Part shown: positions 44,275 to 51,137 of the stretch, piece after piece
Position numbering within the stretch: the stretch's first letter is position 1
How the letters are laid out: every line of letters starts with the position of its first letter
IMG/VR virus record: IMGVR_UViG_3300029487_000014
Direction: 5' to 3' (one strand)
From: a virus
DNA: 52,634 nt
The notes under the pieces: model-generated
Told to the model about the DNA's origin: nothing
Database searches by the model: none
Seen by the model: only the letters and a program-made list of their open reading frames with translations
Program-made: the position numbers and the translations under genes

Positions 44275-44337
44275 ACTAAGTTTAACCCTTGCTTTCGCAA
44301 TATTGTTGCGGAGCAACTAATAAAAATTTACAGTAAT

Positions 44338-44502
44338 ATGGTAACAATGAAATTTTCAGCAACCAAGTCAGAAACATTGTTTTTGACACCGACAATTGCA
44401 GTTGAACAAGACAACTCAGAAACAGCAATCCGATTTGCTCTTTGGCACGGCGTGTTCAGTGTAGAGGTAAGTAAGAGCTACAAAACCGTAAAAGCTAAAT
44501 AA
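44338..44502 (+). CDS. Hypothetical early protein (54 aa; start at MVTMKF)
   Basis: The leader TAAAAATTTACAGTAAT abuts the ATG at 44338. The longer track ORF from 44116 reads through element C. Confidence 0.55.
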   Translation: MVTMKFSATKSETLFLTPTIAVEQDNSETAIRFALWHGVFSVEVSKSYKTVKAK

Positions 44503-44503
44503 C

Positions 44504-44770
44504 ATGGCAAGAAATGAAATGTTTGTAACGGTTTATAGGCTTGAAGTTGAAGCCACTCGAGAGAATTTGGACAGTATGGAGAACTTTATAAAAGCTATTT
44601 CGGATAACGCTATCGTGTCCAACGATGAGGGCCATGTAGCTATCATAGTAGTGTCTTCGGATGCCTTAGGGACAACGAAATTGGCTAATATGGCACTCAA
44701 ATTCTTTGGCAAGGAGGGATATAATATAAGTACTCTCGGACTCTTAGGGCCGTTTAAGAAACTCAATTGA
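44504..44770 (+). CDS. Hypothetical early protein
   Basis: 88-aa ORF, 1 nt after the previous stop. Confidence 0.6.
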   Translation: MARNEMFVTVYRLEVEATRENLDSMENFIKAISDNAIVSNDEGHVAIIVVSSDALGTTKLANMALKFFGKEGYNISTLGLLGPFKKLN

Positions 44771-44792
44771 TATTTTTTAACATAAAACTTGG

Positions 44793-44848
44793 AAAAAAGT
44801 TCCCAAAGCAGCTCAATAATTCAAAAAAACATAGTATATTTGCAATAT
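44793..44848 (+). promoter_or_regulatory. Rightward promoter P4 (TATATTTG at 44835-44842; upstream block AAAAAAGTTCCCAAAGCAG at 44793-44811)
   Basis: Paralogue of P3. Confidence 0.65.
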
Positions 44849-44896
44849 CAAAATTAAACAATAACATTTTAATAACAATTCAAAATTTACAGCATT

Positions 44897-46024
44897 ATGG
44901 CAACAAAGAAATTTTTGCAGATGACAACGAAGAAGCTGAACGCTCTTTTGGCAACAGCAAGTGACGAAGACAAAAAGGCTATCGAGGCCGTACTCGCAGC
45001 TCGTGAACAGGCTCAGGCCCCCGCTGCTCCTGCAGCTCCTGAGGCAACCGCAGAAGAGACTCCTGCAAGTGAAGAAGAAACTCAGCTCAGCCCTGAGGAA
45101 GAAGCAGCTATTAAGGCAGCTGAAGAGAATGGCGGGCTCAACCCGCTTTACAATGGCAGCAAGGCAACTCAGGAGAAAAAGCCAAAGATGACCGACGAGG
45201 AGCGTCACGCATTGGCCGAAGAGCTGAAGAAGAACGTTAACCACCGTTGTCAGGCAGTTCCTTTCAACACTGCAGAATGGGTTGACGGCTATATCGCCGG
45301 AGTGATTGAAGAGAAGCGCAGCAATAAGGTGCTCTATGCAATCAAGACAGACGACGGACGCCGCATCGTTAAGGTACACGACAGCAATCTTGTTCGCATT
45401 CTGGATGAAGTCGTTGAGCCGGAGAAGAAAGCCCGCGCTCGCAAAGCAAAAGACCCGGCAGACAAAGTTGAATGGACACCGGAAGCAATTGCCGAAGAGG
45501 TTAACGAAGTTATCGGCAACGTGGGCAAAACGGTAGAATTTGAGAAATACCGCACTACAGACGAAAACGGCGAAGAGCACATTGAAATGGTAGTTGGCCG
45601 TATTGTGGCAATCGTGCCTGACAAACGAGCTCAGCGTTTGCTCTACCGCATTTCAGTTCCGGCTCCTATCGAAGGCAATCCGCTTGCAACGAAGACTATG
45701 CACAAGGTTGTAAAAGCCGAGGGCATTAAGATTACCGAAGAGTTCGATGAAGAAGGTGCACAGCTCAATGCCAAGTATCTTGAACGCCGTGAGGCAGCAG
45801 CAACCCGTACTCCACTTACTCCTCAGGACCGCGTAATTCGCTGCGAGGAGAATGTGAAGAAGGCGGAGGAGAAGCTGCAGAAAGCTCAGGAAGAGCTGGA
45901 AGCTAAAAAGAAGCAGCTTGAGGATGCAAAGAAGGAGCTGGATGAATATCTTGCCGGTCAGGTAAATGGAGAAACTGCCGAAGCTCCTGCTGAAACTACA
46001 GCCGAAGAGGAGTCACTTGCATAA
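44897..46024 (+). CDS. Hypothetical acidic protein with a PAAP linker, two repeated small domains and a C-terminal coiled coil
   Basis: 375 aa. It has its own promoter (P4), the conserved leader and tandem terminators. GC content looks higher than in the neighbouring genes. Confidence 0.8.
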   Translation: MATKKFLQMTTKKLNALLATASDEDKKAIEAVLAAREQAQAPAAPAAPEATAEETPASEEETQLSPEEEAAIKAAEENGGLNPLYNGSKATQEKKPKMTDEERHALAEELKKNVNHRCQAVPFNTAEWVDGYIAGVIEEKRSNKVLYAIKTDDGRRIVKVHDSNLVRILDEVVEPEKKARARKAKDPADKVEWTPEAIAEEVNEVIGNVGKTVEFEKYRTTDENGEEHIEMVVGRIVAIVPDKRAQRLLYRISVPAPIEGNPLATKTMHKVVKAEGIKITEEFDEEGAQLNAKYLERREAAATRTPLTPQDRVIRCEENVKKAEEKLQKAQEELEAKKKQLEDAKKELDEYLAGQVNGETAEAPAETTAEEESLA

Positions 46025-46053
46025 CACAGCCGCCTGACACCGTTTCTCCCATG

Positions 46054-46105
46054 GAGTCGCCTCTTTCGAGGCGGCTCTTTTTTGCTGCATATCTAAGTAT
46101 GCAGC
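46054..46105 (+). terminator. Tandem terminators: GAGTCGCCTC-TTTC-GAGGCGGCTC plus TTTTTT (46054-46083), then the GCTGCATA-TCTAAG-TATGCAGC hairpin (46084-46105)
   Basis: Hand folding. The first hairpin is followed by a T-run. Confidence 0.8.
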
Positions 46106-46169
46106 TATTTTTGTATTATTGTGATTTATGTTAAAATATGTAAACTCATAGAAACATGCTTCTTTCGCG

Positions 46170-46394
46170 TTCTAGGACACTTTTAGGCTTTGGGTGTACT
46201 ATAATATGGGTCAACTCAATTCGACGCAATAGAGGTCAAAAGAAGTGTATCTATCAATGTATTTTTATAAAGTCTATAATATGAATTGAGGTATGGACTT
46301 TCCTGAGCTTTAAGCCACTAAGCAGTTATATAAATAGCTGTTAAATTTATGGCTAAAAAGTTGACTCATTTTCGTGCATTCTAGGACACTTTTA
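46170..46394 (+). repeat. Direct repeat TTCTAGGACACTTTTA (46170-46185 and 46379-46394) with partly conserved upstream flanks (ACTCAT...TTTCG)
   Basis: Read directly in the 0.5-kb non-coding gap. Confidence 0.8.
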
Positions 46395-46619
46395 TTTGAG
46401 AATAATAGTAAACTAAATCTATAAAAAGAAATGAAGAGAGAATGAACGAGAATAATGAAATTTCATATATTTTCGAGGCGTTTAGAGCTCTATATTTTTA
46501 TATTAAAGCTGCAATAAACCAGTGAAAAATTTTTATGTTAAAGTCTGTAAAACAGTGATTTATATCAAGATTATTTTGTACTTTAACTTATAAAAGAATA
46601 AAAGTGAAACTGTTAAAAA

Positions 46620-46841
46620 ATGTTACACACTAGAACACATAAAAGCCGCATAGTCATTATGATTAAACAGCTTATGCCTGAGAGTACAAGCTGTGTAGCT
46701 CGTGTGCACAGTGGACTATGCAGCAATTGTCCACATTGGACCCTGAGTGTGGTACAGAAGTTAACAGAGGAAATGGCCGAGAGAATATCTGCCGCGATTG
46801 GACAGGAGAATATCACAAGGCCCCAACGAGAGAAATGTTGA
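46620..46841 (+). CDS. Hypothetical protein with a CxxxxxxxxCxxC motif (alternative start at 46659)
   Basis: 73-aa ORF containing STSCVARVHSGLCSNCPHW. Confidence 0.5.
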   Translation: MLHTRTHKSRIVIMIKQLMPESTSCVARVHSGLCSNCPHWTLSVVQKLTEEMAERISAAIGQENITRPQREKC

Positions 46842-46862
46842 ACAAAAATAAATAATTGCGAT

Positions 46863-47060
46863 ATGGAAATAAATGAACAAGAGAATACCCAAGAGGTACA
46901 GCAAGAAAATTTGCTTGATGGCTCTCAGTCAATTCAGGCAATGCAAGAAGGAAATGAACTGCCAGTAGCTGTTCAATTAGTTCAGCCTCAAGCTGCTTTA
47001 GATGAAATAGCAGAGCTTGAGAAGAAATATTGTGAAACTATAGAACGGGAGAATAAATGA
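46863..47060 (+). CDS. Hypothetical acidic protein
   Basis: 65-aa ORF, rich in Q and E. Confidence 0.55.
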   Translation: MEINEQENTQEVQQENLLDGSQSIQAMQEGNELPVAVQLVQPQAALDEIAELEKKYCETIERENK

Positions 47061-47533
47061 GCAATTTTGTTTTAGATTACAGCAAAAAGCAGACTTTGCA
47101 AATATCAAATGATGCTTTTTGCTTTTTGTATTATGGCGAAGAGCCATTAGATGAAGACAATTTGGAAGAAGCTAATGAGGTATCTGAAATGTTTTCCAAT
47201 AATTTTTATATAGAAGATAATTGGAAAGCAGTTGATGACTCAGACCTTATAGAATGTACTTTTGTTCCGTATGTTGAAGACCAAGCTGATTATGATGAAT
47301 ATGAGGACCTTACTAAATATATTCAGCAGCAAATAAAATGGCTTGATGCAAATCATATTAGAGTATGGTGGTTTAATAACCAAACTGGGACGAGAGAATT
47401 ACGTGGTGATTTTAAGGTTTATACCAATAAATATGGCCTTAAGTGTTTTCATACAGGCAATCAAGATGAGGATTTTGTAACAGGAAAAATGAGCCTGTAT
47501 TTTTTGAAGAATTTCAAGAAGCGCATAGCTTAA
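47057..47533 (+). CDS. Hypothetical protein with a strongly acidic N-terminal half
   Basis: 158 aa. Residues 1-87 hold about 27 Asp/Glu and about 4 Lys/Arg. ATGA overlap with the previous gene. Confidence 0.65.
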   Translation: MSNFVLDYSKKQTLQISNDAFCFLYYGEEPLDEDNLEEANEVSEMFSNNFYIEDNWKAVDDSDLIECTFVPYVEDQADYDEYEDLTKYIQQQIKWLDANHIRVWWFNNQTGTRELRGDFKVYTNKYGLKCFHTGNQDEDFVTGKMSLYFLKNFKKRIA

Positions 47534-47553
47534 CAAGTGAACGAGAGAAATAT

Positions 47554-47587
47554 AAGGCAGACTACAGAAAAGTAGTCTGCCTTTTTT
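47554..47587. terminator. Bidirectional terminator between the convergent gene blocks
   Basis: AAGGCAGACTAC-AGAAAA-GTAGTCTGCCTT followed by a T-run. 12-bp perfect stem. Confidence 0.85.
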
Positions 47588-48308
47588 ACATTAAGCTTTC
47601 ATCTTCTTCTATAACAAGAGAATAACCAACTCCTCGTATAGTTTCTATAGCTACTCGGTTATCCATTTTAAGCATATTTCGCAGCATACATATATGAACA
47701 TCTAAGCTACGTTTATTAAAGTAGTTATCATCAGTCCATACTTGTTGCATAAGTATTTTCTTGGGTAATGTTTCGTTTTTATAGGCACATAATAAAGCAA
47801 GAACTTGGCTTTGTTTATTATTAAGCTGTGTTTTTACATTGCCTATAGTAAGAATTTTATCTACTGTATTAAACAGGTAATTGCCTATCTCATAAGATGG
47901 CTCTATACTTCTTACTCGCACACCACATCTTTTTAGAACGGCTTTTATTCTTCTTATAAGCTCCTCAATGTTATATGGTCTTATAACATAATCATCCGCA
48001 CCTTCATCAAATGCTTCAATTACATACTCATATCGGACCTTATCTGATACCATTATTACAGGTATTTTATCATCTGATTTGCGCAAAAATTTTAATGGCT
48101 TTAGCCTCATAGAGGCATCTGTTGTTTTATAATGACTTAATATGCATAAGTCATAATTCTTTTCTCTGATTTTGATTAGTATATCATCCTCAGTTGAGGT
48201 TATTACTTGAAAGCCATTATACACCAAATAATCTACCAGGATTTTACAGTCTTCATCTTGATAGATTAAAATTCTTGGCAATGCTAATTTAGTGTTATTA
48301 CTTTTCAT
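47586..48308 (-). CDS. OmpR/PhoB-family response-regulator-like protein lacking the phospho-acceptor Asp
   Basis: The receiver fold has ILIYQDED, then DLCILS (Ser58 where Asp is expected), VIMVS, and DDYVIRPY (Arg110 where Lys is expected). The winged-helix domain reads LDVHICMLRNMLK...IETIRGVGYSL. Confidence 0.8.
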   Translation of the reverse strand: MKSNNTKLALPRILIYQDEDCKILVDYLVYNGFQVITSTEDDILIKIREKNYDLCILSHYKTTDASMRLKPLKFLRKSDDKIPVIMVSDKVRYEYVIEAFDEGADDYVIRPYNIEELIRRIKAVLKRCGVRVRSIEPSYEIGNYLFNTVDKILTIGNVKTQLNNKQSQVLALLCAYKNETLPKKILMQQVWTDDNYFNKRSLDVHICMLRNMLKMDNRVAIETIRGVGYSLVIEEDESLM

Positions 48309-49183
48309 ACAATTTCTTTAATTTTGTTTTGCAAATCATTATATAGAACTTCATACCAAAATGGATTAAGCCTTAACAAGTCAAAGTATGAGTATACACC
48401 TTTTTGGTATATTAAAGAAGCATATTTAAGCTCTTTGTCCGCTCTTTTTTTAAGATGCTCATGATAGAACTTTATGGACTGGTCCACATTTACCAAGAAT
48501 GGTGATTTATGCTCCATAAGAACTTTCTGCTCTGTATTTTGAGCAAAGTAATATGGGATATTAGGCATTGCCCAGAAAGTTAATCCAGCACCATATTCCT
48601 CACTTGCTTTATATAAAAAGCCAGGGCATGGACGAATTGAGTCAGGATATAAGCTTTTACATATTCTTAACCTACGTGGAATAAAAGGATTAAGTAAAGT
48701 AGTTAATCGCTTGTTTATATAAGTTGAGTATTTATCAACCATTCTTGTGTGTTCTTTAACAAGCGATGAAACTAACAGCTTAATCCTTTCATTTCCTATA
48801 GGGTCACTTAGACGTATATATTCTTGCCTGAAAGCTTCACGCTGAATACGTATTCTATCTTCTTTAAGCCGTTGAGACTTTTTCCTTTTAGCTTCTATGC
48901 TAGCCATCGCAGCTCTGCGCTGTCCCTCAGGTCCAAATAGTTTTACACCTTGGCAATTGTTTGGACCTAAGCCTGTCCATGGCATTTTATCTCCATATCT
49001 AGCTTCAATCTCTCTGTTTTCCTGCTCTTCTTCAGATAATTCAACATGCTCTTCTTCTAAGGTAATTTTTTCAATTGCCTCAGATTGAGCTTCTTGAATA
49101 TCCTCATCATCGCTTTTAATTTCATCGAGAAATTCAAAGAGTTCCTTTTCGGTTAAGTCTCCATATTGCTTAATATCTTCCAT
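48305..49183 (-). CDS. Hypothetical protein with an extremely acidic N-terminus; its coding region overlaps that of the regulator
   Basis: 292 aa. DEIKSDDEDIQEAQSEAIEKITLEEEHVELSEEEQENREIE. ATGA overlap with 47586..48308. Confidence 0.65.
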   Translation of the reverse strand: MEDIKQYGDLTEKELFEFLDEIKSDDEDIQEAQSEAIEKITLEEEHVELSEEEQENREIEARYGDKMPWTGLGPNNCQGVKLFGPEGQRRAAMASIEAKRKKSQRLKEDRIRIQREAFRQEYIRLSDPIGNERIKLLVSSLVKEHTRMVDKYSTYINKRLTTLLNPFIPRRLRICKSLYPDSIRPCPGFLYKASEEYGAGLTFWAMPNIPYYFAQNTEQKVLMEHKSPFLVNVDQSIKFYHEHLKKRADKELKYASLIYQKGVYSYFDLLRLNPFWYEVLYNDLQNKIKEIV

Positions 49184-49355
49184 GCCACTTAAATAATGAC
49201 TTGATTATATCTTTTCCAGCTTGCTTGTTAAGCAATCCAAAATACGCAATTGCAAGCATGAGTCTTGCTATTTTATGCAACACCCAGGTCAATAGATATA
49301 TAGGGAAATAAAGCACACCTACACATCTCCATAAAAATTTAAGCACCTTTTTCAT
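49170..49355 (-). CDS. Small membrane protein
   Basis: 61 aa with two hydrophobic helices. Confidence 0.45.
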   Translation of the reverse strand: MKKVLKFLWRCVGVLYFPIYLLTWVLHKIARLMLAIAYFGLLNKQAGKDIIKSLFKWHGRY

Positions 49356-49719
49356 CTTCTTCCTTTTTAACCATTATTGTTTCTACTTTTTCTCCCTCTT
49401 CTGCTTGCTTTAATTCAACATAAGTCCTATGAAAAGCTTCGTCACCTATTCCTTTAATAAAAGTTCTAAGTGTAGAAGGATATTCGCTTGTATTTATAGT
49501 TTTATCGACTACTTTCGCGTAAAGAGCAGCAAGAGCTTTAGGTCCAAATACCTTTTTCTCCTGTAGTCTTTCGATGGGACCTCTTTTGAATTGAACACCA
49601 GGGTGCTCATTCATAATTTTTGTACGAGTTATATTTAACTCATTTATACAAGCCTCGATATTATTTTCAAACTGAGGCATTTGTATTACGTCAATTACTT
49701 TTAAGTTTGCTACTTTCAT
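49339..49719 (-). CDS. Hypothetical protein
   Basis: 126-aa ORF that overlaps the stop of the hydroxymethylase gene. Confidence 0.6.
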   Translation of the reverse strand: MKVANLKVIDVIQMPQFENNIEACINELNITRTKIMNEHPGVQFKRGPIERLQEKKVFGPKALAALYAKVVDKTINTSEYPSTLRTFIKGIGDEAFHRTYVELKQAEEGEKVETIMVKKEEDEKGA

Positions 49720-50402
49720 TTTTCAAGTTTTTTAAGTTGTTCTTTATAATACTTTTCTTTCATATCCCAGTGCCTTTCATATATATGAAGGTCATGAACA
49801 AAATGATAATATGTGCCTATAGGCAAACCAAGTTCATCAGCTACTAACTGTTGAAGCTTAGTCCAACAATACTGGTCATTACAAAAGCCATAAACCAAAT
49901 CATTGCTTCGCATGGTTACACACATATCAAGAGTTTCAATGCCTGGCTTAATATCAAAACCTACAGACAAAGTACAAGGAGTGTCATATTTATAATCATC
50001 CTTCTCTTTGCCGTCAAAGATTGTAAACCAAGCTTGACGAGTATCTTTGTTTTCTCTAAGTTGCTCAATACATTTTTCTAATTGATGATTACGACTCCAC
50101 TGCCATCCGTAATTAGAATTGACAAGATTATCTCCACCATGCATTTTATCCCACATAGGAGCATACTTTTTAATTTCAGCTACACTCCTATCTCCAGACA
50201 TATACCAGGCATATTCGCGTTCAGCGTATCGTTCGCTGAATTTACGCCATTTCGTTGTTATTATGCGCTGCTGAGGATTTAATAAATAAAAGCCAACATT
50301 GTAAACAGCCTTTGTTCCAACATTAGTTTCTACTCCTTGTCTTATAATAAAACTATATAGGTCCTCAAAAGCCCTAGTTGCGTTTTTATATACTATATTC
50401 AT
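49716..50402 (-). CDS. Thymidylate-synthase-fold pyrimidine hydroxymethylase, T4 gp42-like (probable dCMP hydroxymethylase)
   Basis: EREYAWYMS, NSNYGWQW, TPCTLS (Cys143) and MRSNDLVYGFCNDQYCW (Asp176 at the base-specificity position), plus HDLHIYERH. Close to my recollection of T4 gp42 (NSNYGW, NMRSNDVVFGFRNDYAWQ, SLHVYSRHF). Confidence 0.7.
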   Translation of the reverse strand: MNIVYKNATRAFEDLYSFIIRQGVETNVGTKAVYNVGFYLLNPQQRIITTKWRKFSERYAEREYAWYMSGDRSVAEIKKYAPMWDKMHGGDNLVNSNYGWQWSRNHQLEKCIEQLRENKDTRQAWFTIFDGKEKDDYKYDTPCTLSVGFDIKPGIETLDMCVTMRSNDLVYGFCNDQYCWTKLQQLVADELGLPIGTYYHFVHDLHIYERHWDMKEKYYKEQLKKLEK

Positions 50403-50626
50403 GCTTCTTCATATTCAAAGTTTAACACTAGAGTTGCACCATAATCATACCAGAGAACTTCTTCAAGCTCTTCTTTTGTATAGCAGTTATATCGGCACAT
50501 CTCAGCTTCTAAGTCAGCCGGACTATCTATTATAAGAGTATTTTCAGCTATCATTATCATATCACTTAACAAGTTTATTTGTATTGCTGTTGTAAACTCT
50601 AAACAAAAGCTCTTCAGCTTCATCAT
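50399..50626 (-). CDS. Hypothetical protein (the start may be at an internal Met near 50560)
   Basis: 75-aa ORF that overlaps the upstream gene by 65 nt. Confidence 0.4.
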   Translation of the reverse strand: MMKLKSFCLEFTTAIQINLLSDMIMIAENTLIIDSPADLEAEMCRYNCYTKEELEEVLWYDYGATLVLNFEYEEA

Positions 50627-51017
50627 TCATGGCTTTGCATATAGCCAATGCTTCCTCTATGGATAAATCTTTGAGCTCTTCATCATCGTCATTAAAAGCA
50701 ATTTCACCAGTTATTACTCTAATTTCAAATGAATTGGTTAAAGCAAATGTTTTAGCTGCGTCAAGCGCTTGTGCGCATATATAGTGCACGGCCTCCCAAT
50801 ATATGTATGATAAAGTATTTGAGCCATCCAGTATCTTGATATATAATTCTCTCAACTTTTCAGGCTTAAACATACCTTGCTCATCCATTCGCCTATATTC
50901 AGCAAGCCATCTTCCATAACCATTTGTTGCTCTAAACCTGTTAGCATAAACTGCTACAAATCTGAGAAACTGGTCTGTATAAATAACCTCTGGTATTTCT
51001 ACTGCTTTCTTTTTCAT
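50562..51017 (-). CDS. Hypothetical protein
   Basis: 151-aa ORF. Confidence 0.6.
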   Translation of the reverse strand: MKKKAVEIPEVIYTDQFLRFVAVYANRFRATNGYGRWLAEYRRMDEQGMFKPEKLRELYIKILDGSNTLSYIYWEAVHYICAQALDAAKTFALTNSFEIRVITGEIAFNDDDEELKDLSIEEALAICKAMNDEAEELLFRVYNSNTNKLVK

Positions 51018-51033
51018 TGCTTAAGATTTATAT

Positions 51034-51118
51034 ATTCTCGCGCGCTCTAGAGCCCATGCATTTTTCTGAATATATTTCTTTTGTTTCATACTTTGCATGC
51101 GATATTACGCGCGAGAAT
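51034..51118. promoter_or_regulatory. 11-bp inverted repeat ATTCTCGCGCG / CGCGCGAGAAT (51034-51044 / 51108-51118) that carries the GAGAAT core
   Basis: Read directly in the gap between the dUTPase-like gene and the next gene. Confidence 0.6.
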
Positions 51119-51137
51119 AAGGCATAAATCAATTCAT

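Noticed and set aside
44116-44337. The long N-terminal extension of track ORF 44116..44502, and likewise 43967-44002 of ORF 43967..44194.
   Set aside because: The extensions read through structured element C and through the conserved AAAATTTACAG leader (hence the shared KIYSNM peptide). The ATGs directly after the leader (44338 and 44003) are the consistent starts.
44813-45580. A 255-aa - strand ORF antisense to the 375-aa gene, plus several short alternative-frame ORFs (44961.., 45306.., 45334..).
   Set aside because: The sense ORF has a promoter, the conserved leader and terminators. The antisense translation is Cys/Phe/Leu-rich with no signals of its own, as expected for a relatively GC-rich gene.
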